From an uncultured Roseobacter sp. (GTDB lineage: Bacteria; Pseudomonadota; Alphaproteobacteria; Rhodobacterales; Rhodobacteraceae): a stretch of DNA of 64,000 bases. Under the pieces are notes generated by a model. That model saw only the letters and a program-made list of their open reading frames with translations. It was not told where the DNA came from and searched no databases. The DNA is taken from positions 244,173 to 308,172 of the forward strand of contig NZ_CANMNK010000005.1 of assembly GCF_947499265.1 (NCBI RefSeq), read 5' to 3'. The position numbers were made by a program, and so were the translations under genes. Shown piece by piece: positions 47,265-56,508 of this stretch. Within the stretch, counting starts at the first letter, position 1. Each line of letters opens with the position of its first letter.

Positions 47265-48130
47265 CCTTCTCCTACGATACTTTCACGACGCGCAATATCG
47301 GCTTTGTCACCCCGGAGGAGCAAGCAACCCTGCGCGCCGCACAGGTGTTTGTGTGCGGGACAGGCGGCATGGGCGGCGCCTGTGTCTTTGCGCTGGCCCG
47401 GATGGGCGTGGGGCGGCTGATCCTCGCGGACATCGATGAATTCGAGACATCGAACCTGAACCGTCAGGCCTTTGCCTTTCGCGACACCATCGGGCAGCAC
47501 AAGGCCGAGGCGACGCGCGACCTATGCCTGCAAATAAACCCCGACATGGAGATCACGGTGTATCGCGACGATTGGCCCGCGCATGTGCAAGGCGCGACGG
47601 CTGCGAGTGCAATCGTCGTCAATGGCACTGATGATCTCGGTGCCTCGCTTTTGCTCTATCGCACAGCGCGGGCCGAACACCGGGCGGTGATCGACGCCTA
47701 TGCCTCGCCGCTGCCATCAGTCTACGTCACGCAGCCGGGAGATCCGATGCCGGAAGAGCGGTTGCGATACCCCACAGGTGATACCCCCTGGGATGCACTG
47801 ACCCAGGATCAGCGAGACGAAGCTTTTTTCCGCGAGGCAACACATGTGATCCTGCATTCTTCGTCGCGTCACTATATCGATCTCGATCTGGCAGGCGAGG
47901 TCGCGGCAGGCAAACGCAGCCGCATGTCCTTTGCCCCGATGGTAATCTCGACGGGCATGCTGATGGCCTATGAAGTGGCCAATGGCATTTTGGGCCGCCC
48001 GCCGGGGGCGGACTATCGGGGCTGGTTCTTCAACCCGCACGCGGCACGGGTCGAGCGCCCACGGAGCGCAATCACCGAAGCCCTCTTGCGACCGGTGGTG
48101 ACACGCTTTTTGCGCCGTATGATGGCATGA
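47261..48130 (+). CDS. ThiF/MoeB/HesA (E1-like) family adenylyltransferase (operon gene 2)
   Basis: AAQVFVCGTGGMGGACVFALARMGVGRLILADIDEFETSNLNRQ is the Rossmann/ATP-binding E1 signature. TTG start overlaps the upstream stop (TTGA). No CxxC pairs. Confidence 0.85.
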   Translation: MTFSYDTFTTRNIGFVTPEEQATLRAAQVFVCGTGGMGGACVFALARMGVGRLILADIDEFETSNLNRQAFAFRDTIGQHKAEATRDLCLQINPDMEITVYRDDWPAHVQGATAASAIVVNGTDDLGASLLLYRTARAEHRAVIDAYASPLPSVYVTQPGDPMPEERLRYPTGDTPWDALTQDQRDEAFFREATHVILHSSSRHYIDLDLAGEVAAGKRSRMSFAPMVISTGMLMAYEVANGILGRPPGADYRGWFFNPHAARVERPRSAITEALLRPVVTRFLRRMMA

Positions 48131-49335
48131 CAGGTCTTCCCCCCGAAATGATTGCCGACAGCGTCGTCACGCTGGCAAGCCTGATCGGTCTGGCCCTATT
48201 TGCGCAGGTTTTGCGCATGCAGCAGCCGCGCACCGCGATCACACAGCGGTTCTTGTTTGTGATTCAGGTGGTGGCCGCATTGCTCGCCATCCGCCTGTTG
48301 CAGTGGCTGACCGGTATGGAGTGGATCGGACGCCTGACCTTTGCCGTGGCTGGCCTTGTCCCGCTGGCCATGCTTCTGGTGACTGAAACACTACTGCGCC
48401 GCCATGCGCCGCTGGCCTTGAAAGCCTGGGCGGCTGGAGGTGCGCTTCTTTTTGCGTTGGTGGCCATGCTCGCCGGCCCAGATCAGGCCCTTGTGGCCAC
48501 CGTTTCGCTGGCCGTCTTTCAGGTGACGACCTTTGTCGCGCTCACCCTCCTTGTGCTGGGTCGGGACCGGCAAAGCCTGTCAGTCGCTGAAAACACCATG
48601 ATCGACCGATTGGCGCTGTCTCTGGTCTTGATCGTGCCGCTGGCGATGACGGATTTCCGAACCGAGTTTCTCGACCTCCCGGTACGGCTGTCGGGGATTG
48701 CCATTCTCGCAGTATGCTGGCTTGGCCTGACGCTCCGGCGCAGCGATGCAACGCAGTCGGAGGTCATCTCGGCGACGGCGGCTCTTGTTGTTGGCCTGGT
48801 CTTTGCGTCCCTTTGCATCATGGAACTCGCCGGGCTTGATGCGCGCACCACAGTGCAGGTGATGGCGGTTGTTGTGAGTGTGGGTTTACTGGCCCTGATT
48901 TTCAATCAAGCCCGTCTTATCAGACGCGCGGATAAGGTCGGGCGAGTTCTAGACGTTCTGGCTGACACGCGGCTGGACGAGCATGGCGCGTTCCTGCAAG
49001 CGCTGCAAACGCGGGCGCTGACCTCCGGCGCGCTGATTCTGGGCGCTGACGGTCTGGGGGATTTCGATGCGGCATTCCAAGATTATTTTTTGCGCCAAAC
49101 CCTCGTGTCCTCCGACGATCTCGACCAGCTTGACAACCCTCAGCTGACTGAGCAATTCGACTGGTTCTTTCGCAAGTTTGAGGCCAGCCATGCGATGCTG
49201 GTCTCAAAGGCTCCGTTTCGCATCATGGCGCTGAATGTGCCGACACTCGCGCAATCGAGGCAGCTGGAACAGGAATTGAGGATTGCACAGCGCATTGCGA
49301 CCCTGCTGGCCGAACGGGGCGTGTCACATGGTTGA
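48127..49335 (+). CDS. Polytopic membrane protein (about 8-9 TM) with soluble C-terminal domain of about 150 aa (operon gene 3)
   Basis: 402 aa. ATGA overlap with gene 2. Successive hydrophobic helices run to about residue 255, then a hydrophilic C-terminal region. No family recognised. Confidence 0.75.
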   Translation: MTGLPPEMIADSVVTLASLIGLALFAQVLRMQQPRTAITQRFLFVIQVVAALLAIRLLQWLTGMEWIGRLTFAVAGLVPLAMLLVTETLLRRHAPLALKAWAAGGALLFALVAMLAGPDQALVATVSLAVFQVTTFVALTLLVLGRDRQSLSVAENTMIDRLALSLVLIVPLAMTDFRTEFLDLPVRLSGIAILAVCWLGLTLRRSDATQSEVISATAALVVGLVFASLCIMELAGLDARTTVQVMAVVVSVGLLALIFNQARLIRRADKVGRVLDVLADTRLDEHGAFLQALQTRALTSGALILGADGLGDFDAAFQDYFLRQTLVSSDDLDQLDNPQLTEQFDWFFRKFEASHAMLVSKAPFRIMALNVPTLAQSRQLEQELRIAQRIATLLAERGVSHG

Positions 49336-50413
49336 GATCGTTGAACGCGATTTCCCGTCTTTCTTCGAGGTGCCGTTTCAGGCCTATGATGCAAGCACGC
49401 CCTATGTCTCGCCGCTGAAATCGGACCTGAAGCGTTTTTTGACGGCAGGCACCAATCCTTTGTTTCCAAGCGATGATGCCTTCACCTATTTTACCGCCCG
49501 TCGCGGCGATCGTCCGCTGGGCCGGATCGTGGTGCATACGCATGCCGCCTCGAACGAGCTGCACGGGACGAACCGCGCCTCTTTTGGGTTTTTCGACTGC
49601 GATGATGACGCGCAAATTGCCGCCGCTCTATTGCAAAGAGCCGAGGCCTGGGCGCGCGAAAGGAAGCACAACGAACTCGTTGGCAATTTTAACCTCACGG
49701 CCATGCAGCAGATGGGTGTGCAGACCGATCATTTCGACCGGGTCCCCTATACGGATATGGTGGTGAACCCGCCGCATATCCCCGATTTGCTTGGCCAGAA
49801 CGGATTTGCGCCCTTCTTTCCGATGACGACCTTTGAATTGGATCTGGCCCGGGCCACCATCCCGCCGTCGCAGCTGGGGCCGGATACAACCTTTGCCCCG
49901 GTCAAGCGCAAAACCTTTGCGGCCCGTATGGAAGAGGCGCGGCAGGTGCTCAACGACGGGTTTTCGCAAAATCCGATGTTCGTGCCACTGACGGCGGAGG
50001 AGTTCACCTTTCAGGCGGGCGAAATGACAACCATCATCGATCCCCGGCTATCCGCCGTTCTGACCCAGGGTGATACCCCTGTCGGTGTGGTCATCTGCAT
50101 TCCCGACCTGAATGGATTCCTCAAGGCGACACGCTCGCGGTTCTCGCTGATGACACCGTTTCATTTCCTGCGCTATCGGTTGCGGCGCAAACGCGCGGTG
50201 ATCATCTTCTATTCGGTTGTCAAAGCCAGCCATGGGCGCGGGCTGATGAGCGCCATTCTGTCCCGCACCCTGACCCAACTGCGCGAGGCGGGCTACGACC
50301 ATCTTGGGATCACCTGGATTGCCGATGAAAACCAGGCATCCCTGAGGATGATGTCCAAGATCGGGGCCACGCCCTTGCACCGCCTGCACCTGTTCAGGAA
50401 AGATCTTGCATGA
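49328..50413 (+). CDS. Large GNAT-family N-acyltransferase-like protein (operon gene 4)
   Basis: 361 aa from ATG 49328 (ATGGTTGA overlap). The layout ...NPLF...GRIVVH...FGFFDCDDD...AEAWARERK... plus C-terminal VVKASHGRGLMSAIL matches a widespread, uncharacterised ~370-aa GNAT family as I remember it. Confidence 0.75.
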   Translation: MVEIVERDFPSFFEVPFQAYDASTPYVSPLKSDLKRFLTAGTNPLFPSDDAFTYFTARRGDRPLGRIVVHTHAASNELHGTNRASFGFFDCDDDAQIAAALLQRAEAWARERKHNELVGNFNLTAMQQMGVQTDHFDRVPYTDMVVNPPHIPDLLGQNGFAPFFPMTTFELDLARATIPPSQLGPDTTFAPVKRKTFAARMEEARQVLNDGFSQNPMFVPLTAEEFTFQAGEMTTIIDPRLSAVLTQGDTPVGVVICIPDLNGFLKATRSRFSLMTPFHFLRYRLRRKRAVIIFYSVVKASHGRGLMSAILSRTLTQLREAGYDHLGITWIADENQASLRMMSKIGATPLHRLHLFRKDLA

Positions 50414-51387
50414 CACCTGATCTCTTTCGGCATCTGGTGGCGCAAGCCAGTCTTGCGCCCAGTGTTCACAACGTGCAACCCGCCCGCTGGCGGCTTGAGG
50501 GCGAGACGGTCTGGTTGTTTGAAGATCAGCGGGTGCGTCTGTCAGCGGCAGACCCCACGGGTCATGATGCGGCGATGAGCCTGGGTGCGGCCTTTGAGGG
50601 GATGGCGATGGCTGCGGCGCAAGAGGACTTGCGCATCTCTCTTGACCCAGTGGGTGAGGACAGCACAGGGGATGTGCGCCCCGTCGCCCGCCTGACCTTC
50701 ACCCCGGGTGCCACCGAGGATCCGCTGGTCCAGCATGTGGCCGCGCGACAAAGCTGGCGCGGCGATTTCGCAACGGCCACAGACGAGGACAGGCAAACCG
50801 CAGAGGCTCTGACAGACGCGGATTGCATCGCGGTCACTGGCCCCCATACGATCCGCGTCATTGCGAAACTGTTGGACATGGCCAGTTTCACGTTCACGGT
50901 ACGAGACGACTTTCGTGCGGAGCTTCTGTCGTGGATGCGGTTGCGGCGCGGTCACCCTGATTGGGGACGCGACGGGTTGAACGCGGATGCGATGCGCCTT
51001 GGGGTCTTCGACAGGATCGGTGCCAAGGTCGTGCTGGGGCGCGGCTTCAGGCCGCTGCTGAGGTGCGGGCTTGCGGAAAAGCTCCTGTCTGAGGAGGAAA
51101 AGACGGCAGGGGCGGCAGCCATTGTGGTGTTTCACCGCCCCGAGGGTGAAGACCCGTTTGACAGCGGTCGCGCCTTCTATCGGGCGTGGCTCAGGATTGA
51201 AGCGGCTGGCTTTGGGGCGGCTGTTCTGGCCGCACTGGCGGATGATCCAACGAGTGCCGAGACGTTGGCTGCGATGGCAGATTTGCCCGAGGGCCGTCGC
51301 ATCGTCTCCGCGTTCCGCATCGGTCGTCGTCAGCAGCATGCGCCGTTTCCACCTGCACGTCGGTCATTGGACGAGCTGGTCGTCTAA
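50410..51387 (+). CDS. Nitroreductase-fold protein, double-length (Acg-like tandem type) (operon gene 5)
   Basis: ASLAPSVHNVQPARWRL resembles the S.HN.QPW nitroreductase motif. At 325 aa it is about twice a canonical nitroreductase monomer. ATGA overlap with gene 4. Confidence 0.75.
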   Translation: MTPDLFRHLVAQASLAPSVHNVQPARWRLEGETVWLFEDQRVRLSAADPTGHDAAMSLGAAFEGMAMAAAQEDLRISLDPVGEDSTGDVRPVARLTFTPGATEDPLVQHVAARQSWRGDFATATDEDRQTAEALTDADCIAVTGPHTIRVIAKLLDMASFTFTVRDDFRAELLSWMRLRRGHPDWGRDGLNADAMRLGVFDRIGAKVVLGRGFRPLLRCGLAEKLLSEEEKTAGAAAIVVFHRPEGEDPFDSGRAFYRAWLRIEAAGFGAAVLAALADDPTSAETLAAMADLPEGRRIVSAFRIGRRQQHAPFPPARRSLDELVV

Positions 51388-53042
51388 AGCTGCTTGAGAA
51401 ATTCAATCAATGCGCTTTTATCCGCCTCGCTGAGTGTCGCGCCAAAGTCATGACCGCCGTTGCCAAGGCCGGGGTGCGTTGTGTCCAGAATGACCGGCTT
51501 GGAAAAGGGGGCGTAATCGAACGGATATCGCCCGTCTTGCAAACGCAGGCCCAAACGCGTGAAGTCGAGCATGTGGCCGCCCACTTCAAACGTCTCGGGC
51601 CGCTGATCCGGGGTCAGCAGATGCCATACCGTTGGGACCGATCCGTTGTGCAGATAAGGGGCCGACGCCCAGATGCCGTCCAGAGGCGGCGCGACATAGG
51701 CCTCGGTGCGCGCCACCGCAATCTGGTCGCGATAAGGCGTATCCCGAAATGTGTCGGCAAGGTCTTCGGTGAAGGCCGCGGCCCTGAGCGGATCGGTTCC
51801 AACATCGCCGAGCCAGTTCGGGAAGGAGATCAGCTTCGGTCGCCCATTTTCGACATCGTAGGCGCCGTGACAGGCGGCACATTCGGCGGCATAGATCGCG
51901 TGTCCTGCCAAGGCCAGATTATTATCAATCACCCCTGGAAAGGGCTGCGACCTGTAGGTGCTGTTCAGAAATGCATAGATGTCTTCGGCCAAAGGCACGG
52001 CCTCGATGGCTTTGCTAGGGTGCACACCCATACTGGGCACGGTGAAGAAGGTCGTAATCGCGGCCAAAGCGGCCCGCTTTTCAGCTGTGTTATCCGCGAC
52101 TGTAGTCTCCGCCTGCCGTTCGGTCTGTGGCACCGCATAGGCGCCATCAACCAGAAGACTGCTGCGCCAGTGCCGATGCCCCAGATCAGGGATGGACACG
52201 ATGCCTGCATCGGCAAGACCGTCCCCAAAGAGCGGCACATCAAAAACATGCTTGAGCGCCGCAACCCCGTTGGTACTGCCCGGGACACCATTGAAAAACG
52301 GCAAAGGACGGTCGCCCGGGATCTGATCCAGGCGCGCCCGCACCATGAGCAGGACGAGCCACCGCAGCGCCTGCCGCTCGCGCCAACCTGTTTCCGGATA
52401 GAGCGTTGCCACCATCTCCATCAATCTGGCCGGCGCGTCCTGATAAGCCTTGAGCGTCCGAAAGACCGCCTGTGTATAGGCTTCAAGGTTCAGTGACGTA
52501 TTGGGCATCCCGATCCATGCGGCGGTTGGATTGGGCTGACCATCGGTGCGATAGGTGACACCGGCATGACAGGCAGCGCATCCCATATTGGCGACTTGCA
52601 CGGGCAGTCCAGCCAGGGGTGACAGCACACCATGCGTGATACCCAAGGGCAGTGCGTCCGATCGATCCGACACGCCTTCTGGCATGTTCTGAACCCGCGT
52701 CTGCACCAGAAATCCAAATGAGGCCAGCAGATTGTTTAGCGTTTTACGATCCGCCGATTGCGTGGGATCTCCATCAACGGCCTCCAACACAAGAGCTGCT
52801 GTTACCAGCTTCCACGGCACCGCGTGGCTTTCCAAGGCGTGCAGGCTCAATCCACCAAAATCCGCCCCAACAAAAGCCGCAGCCCCGCGTTCCGCCGGAC
52901 CAGCGTCTGCTTCAACGGCGGGCATCGCGTCCGAGCCGACCTCATGACGCGCCCCGAACCAGAGCGCGGCTGCCGTCACGACCACGATGGCCCCAATTGC
53001 CAGAACTATCCGCTGCATGAGATGTCCGATTTCGAAAGCCAC
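51384..53042 (-). CDS. Membrane-anchored di-heme c-type cytochrome (CCP/MauG-like putative peroxidase/oxidoreductase)
   Basis: Two CxxCH motifs (GCAACHAGV; ECAACHGAY), PPLDGIWASAPYLHNGSVPTVWHLL, and N-terminal TM IVLAIGAIVVVTAAALWF. The start may be ATG 53018 instead of GTG 53042. Confidence 0.8.
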   Translation of the reverse strand: MAFEIGHLMQRIVLAIGAIVVVTAAALWFGARHEVGSDAMPAVEADAGPAERGAAAFVGADFGGLSLHALESHAVPWKLVTAALVLEAVDGDPTQSADRKTLNNLLASFGFLVQTRVQNMPEGVSDRSDALPLGITHGVLSPLAGLPVQVANMGCAACHAGVTYRTDGQPNPTAAWIGMPNTSLNLEAYTQAVFRTLKAYQDAPARLMEMVATLYPETGWRERQALRWLVLLMVRARLDQIPGDRPLPFFNGVPGSTNGVAALKHVFDVPLFGDGLADAGIVSIPDLGHRHWRSSLLVDGAYAVPQTERQAETTVADNTAEKRAALAAITTFFTVPSMGVHPSKAIEAVPLAEDIYAFLNSTYRSQPFPGVIDNNLALAGHAIYAAECAACHGAYDVENGRPKLISFPNWLGDVGTDPLRAAAFTEDLADTFRDTPYRDQIAVARTEAYVAPPLDGIWASAPYLHNGSVPTVWHLLTPDQRPETFEVGGHMLDFTRLGLRLQDGRYPFDYAPFSKPVILDTTHPGLGNGGHDFGATLSEADKSALIEFLKQL

Positions 53043-53311
53043 TGCAAAGAGCGTGTGCTGATATCCTGGCTGTTGGAGATCGGTCCGAATTCCAAGTCTG
53101 TTTCCCGCTGCCGTTCTTCTCGGGTGAATACCAGTTTCAAATCACCTTTGCGAATATAACCAATGAGCTGAAGAATACAGAATAGCTTCTGACGCACCAA
53201 CCAACTTCGACGGCTTTGCGGTTTATGTCAGAGGAAACGAAATCAGCTCCACTGCGTCAGTGAATTAGTAGGCGGCGCTCAGTCCGCGGCGGCAAACCAA
53301 GTCGAGAGACG

Positions 53312-54025
53312 TCACTTTGGATCGTAAACGTATCCGATGCCACGCACGGTTCGGATAATCTCCGGCTTCTCGGGATTGGTTTCAAGTTTTCGGCGCAAGC
53401 GAGATATTCGGATATCGATGCTGCGATCGAAGGGATCCCAAGACCGGTCATGTGCTTGTTCCAAAAGCTGATCTCTGTTCAAAACCCGCCCTTTGTTTTC
53501 CGCAAAAACCTTGAGCAAACTATATTCCATTGCGGTCAACGGGACTTCGGCCCCATCAGCCTGAAGAAGCTTTGCCGCGTTTTTGTCCAGGACATAGTCC
53601 CCGAAGGCGGCGCGGTTTTCGCCGGAATCTTCCGTCTTCGCGGTGCCAATGATCGCCTCTCGTCGAAGGATCGCCTTTATACGCGCTTCGAGTTCTCGGA
53701 GATCCACGGGTTTGCCAAGGTAATCATCAGCCCCCATCTCCAAACCGATGATACGATCAATCACATCGCCTGCTGCGGTCAACATGATGACAGGGGTCGT
53801 ATTCTCTGGGCGGAGCGACCTTAAGATCGAAAGGCCATCTTCCTTTGGCATGTTGATATCCATGATCATGACATCCACTGCGTTCTCAGAGAGTATGGCT
53901 CGAAGCTCTTCGCCACCAGCGGCGGCTGACACTTTATATCCACGCTTGCCAAGATACTCCTGGAGCATTTCGCGCACGTCGACCTCATCATCACACACCA
54001 GGATATGGGTTTTTGGGTTATCCAT
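53312..54025 (-). CDS. OmpR-family response regulator
   Basis: Receiver domain (ILVCDDEVDVREML...DVMIMDINMP) plus winged-helix (LTAMEYSLLKVFAENKGRVLNRDQL...IRTVRGIGYVY). The start at ATG 54025 overlaps the kinase stop by 8 nt. Confidence 0.92.
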   Translation of the reverse strand: MDNPKTHILVCDDEVDVREMLQEYLGKRGYKVSAAAGGEELRAILSENAVDVMIMDINMPKEDGLSILRSLRPENTTPVIMLTAAGDVIDRIIGLEMGADDYLGKPVDLRELEARIKAILRREAIIGTAKTEDSGENRAAFGDYVLDKNAAKLLQADGAEVPLTAMEYSLLKVFAENKGRVLNRDQLLEQAHDRSWDPFDRSIDIRISRLRRKLETNPEKPEIIRTVRGIGYVYDPK

Positions 54026-56261
54026 CTGCAGTTTCCTTGTGCTCGGCGAGCAGTTTTCCGACAAGGTGTCTAAGTTCCGAAGGGGAAACGGGTTTCTCGA
54101 GATACGGGAGGCCCGAGTCCCTCAACAATTCCAGAGATTTCTGCCCCATGGTGTCGCCCGTGACATAAGCCGTCTTGCTCAACATTTCTGGGAAATGGGC
54201 CACCAGCGCGTCGTAAATCTGGCGCCCATCGACACCTGGCATGTTCAGATCACTGAGGAATACATCGTACGTTGCTGTGCGAAGGCAGTTCATTGCCTCT
54301 TCGCCGGACGAAACGACATCAACCTCGAACCCTTCTCTTCTGAGGATCTCAGCGTTCAACTCACCCACTTCAACCTCATCATCCACGACCAGGGCTTTGA
54401 GATTTACCGAAGGTGAGATCGGCTCAGCTGGCTCATCCACTTCTGAACTCCGATTGCCGGCGGCGGGCAGTGTGATCCGAAAGCAGGTGCCCGAATTGTC
54501 GGTCTGGTCGAGCCTGATCTGCCCATTATGAGAAAGAACGATCCGGTGGCAGAATGCGAGGCCAATGCCAGTCCCCTCACCAACCTCTTTGGTTGTAAAG
54601 AACGGTTCGAAAATACGAGCGCGAATGGCTTTGGGAATGCCTGGGCCATTGTCTCTCACCGTCAGCTGCACCGTGCCTTTGTCAGGCTGTGCTTCGGCCG
54701 ACAGTTCAATAAGGTCACCACAACCGGATGACGTCATGGCCTGTTCGGCATTGATGATCAGGTTGATAATGACCTGCGTAATCTGATCAGCATCTGCGGC
54801 GATTGCTGGCAAATCTACGGGAAGCTTTTGCTTGATGCGGATGTCCCCGGACGTGCTGCCATAGCCTACCACATCGGCGGCCGTTTCAATGACGCTCGCA
54901 ACATCGACCTGCTCGATCTTGCTGGGTTGCTGGCGTGCCATCGCCAGGAATGTCTTGACGATCTTGGCACAACGCTCCGCCGCATTGCTGATCTTTTCAA
55001 TCCTGACGGTCAGGTCAGGATCGGTGATCTCCTCTTTCATCATGAGTGAGTGACCCACAACCACAGAGAGGGGGTTGTTGAGTTCATGCGAGACACCGGC
55101 GAGCAATTCACCAAGCGCGGACATCTTTTCATTTTGGAACAGCATCTCGCGTTGTTTCGAAAGCTCTTCCTCAATGGCCAGTTCGTCTGTCAGGTCGCGT
55201 GTATTGGAAACGATGACTTCTTTACCATTGAACTCTATCAGGCGCGAGGAATCCGCACCCCAGAACTTTCGTCCACGCGCATTGACGAATTCTATCCGCC
55301 GATCTTTCAGTGACCCGGCATGGCGCAGTTCCTTCAAATAGCGCTGCCGCTCGGCGGGATTGGCATAATAGGACCTGGAGCTTTGGGCCGGGCCGAACAG
55401 TTCTTCCATATCCGGCGTTGCAAAAAGGATTTCGCCCGTCTCGGCATCTGTCATGTTAATGGCGGCCGGATAGGCTTCCATAACTTGCCTGATCAGGGCG
55501 TCCGCTTCCTTTTGGACGGTCAAATCAATGATGCTGGTTACGATGACCTCTTCGCCCTTGTAGTCAACGAGCTGCGAAGAGATACTCGCGGGAAACATGT
55601 TGCCTTTGGCGTCCAGCAGATCAAGCTTGAAGTCATCAACCCGTCCATCTGCAAGCAGCAGAGTAACAAAATCCGCCCGTTCTTCTGGATGGGCGTAATG
55701 CTCCCTGGCCGTTTTGGTAGGCCCGAAAAGCTGAAGGGCGGCGGGCGTGCGGTATAGTAATTGCCCATCTCCAACCCGTGCCATCGTCACCACGGCGGAG
55801 CTCGCATCCAGCACTTTTCTGATCAGAAGATCTCCGTCGCGCTCTTCGATCTCCGCTTGTTTCCTGTCGGTGATTTCCTCACGCGTCACAACAAAGCCGC
55901 CCAAACGGGTGGGGTGAACCGAGACCAGATAAGTGCGCCCGTCTGTTTCGGTCAATTCATAGTCTTGGATGAACTGAATGCCATTGGCCAGCCGGTCAGA
56001 GACCCATTTTTCTTCCTTGCCGATCGCATCGGCATAGATGCCTCTGCGTGCCGTCTCGCGCATCAGGATCTCCCAATCCAGACCGGGCTTCAGTAAATCG
56101 GAGACCCCCTTGTTCATCTCAGCATATTGTTGGTTGAACATCACAAGGCGGCGATCCTCATCATAGAGGGCAAAACCCTCCTTGAGAGACTCGATTGCAT
56201 CGCGCAGGAGGTCTCGCGCTCTCTCGATTTCCTTAAAATCGTCCGCCATGCCCATCGTCAT
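54018..56261 (-). CDS. Cytoplasmic hybrid sensor histidine kinase (multiple PAS, HisKA, HATPase, C-terminal receiver)
   Basis: No TM segment. At least three PAS-like repeats. H-box [17 protein letters not shown] boxes [10 protein letters not shown] and DNGPGIP...GTGIGL, and receiver [11 protein letters not shown]...[14 protein letters not shown]. Confidence 0.9.
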   Translation of the reverse strand: MTMGMADDFKEIERARDLLRDAIESLKEGFALYDEDRRLVMFNQQYAEMNKGVSDLLKPGLDWEILMRETARRGIYADAIGKEEKWVSDRLANGIQFIQDYELTETDGRTYLVSVHPTRLGGFVVTREEITDRKQAEIEERDGDLLIRKVLDASSAVVTMARVGDGQLLYRTPAALQLFGPTKTAREHYAHPEERADFVTLLLADGRVDDFKLDLLDAKGNMFPASISSQLVDYKGEEVIVTSIIDLTVQKEADALIRQVMEAYPAAINMTDAETGEILFATPDMEELFGPAQSSRSYYANPAERQRYLKELRHAGSLKDRRIEFVNARGRKFWGADSSRLIEFNGKEVIVSNTRDLTDELAIEEELSKQREMLFQNEKMSALGELLAGVSHELNNPLSVVVGHSLMMKEEITDPDLTVRIEKISNAAERCAKIVKTFLAMARQQPSKIEQVDVASVIETAADVVGYGSTSGDIRIKQKLPVDLPAIAADADQITQVIINLIINAEQAMTSSGCGDLIELSAEAQPDKGTVQLTVRDNGPGIPKAIRARIFEPFFTTKEVGEGTGIGLAFCHRIVLSHNGQIRLDQTDNSGTCFRITLPAAGNRSSEVDEPAEPISPSVNLKALVVDDEVEVGELNAEILRREGFEVDVVSSGEEAMNCLRTATYDVFLSDLNMPGVDGRQIYDALVAHFPEMLSKTAYVTGDTMGQKSLELLRDSGLPYLEKPVSPSELRHLVGKLLAEHKETADG

Positions 56262-56282
56262 CCTGATCGTCTAGGGTATCAT

Positions 56283-56461
56283 TGTTTCAGTGCCATTTCA
56301 AAATCGGCATCTTGTGTTTCAATTGTTTCACAACGATCTGCTTCGCACTAGGCCCCGCCGTAAATCCTCATATTTTGAGGGCGGATAGCGCTCTGTGTGA
56401 CCTGCTTCACAGAGCAACAACTGAAACACTTTGCGCCCCTTTCAGACATTCCATTGAAACA
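56283..56461. repeat. Cluster of five TGTTTCA/TGAAACA heptamers in the kinase/hydrolase divergent intergenic region
   Basis: TGTTTCA occurs at 56283-56289, 56315-56321 and 56324-56330. The reverse complement TGAAACA occurs at 56422-56428 and 56455-56461. The inverted repeat CTCTGTG-N10-CACAGAG (56391-56414) lies between them. Confidence 0.6.
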
Positions 56462-56508
56462 AAGAAGCATCAGTTCTTGCTCATCCAAAACGCAAGTGAG
56501 TAAGCGCC

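Noticed and set aside
53006-53200. 64-aa minus-strand ORF and other short ORFs in the AT-richer gap between the di-heme cytochrome gene and the response regulator gene.
   Set aside because: There is no RBS, no recognisable motif, and the composition is atypical of coding sequence. The gap is more likely the promoter region of the cytochrome gene.
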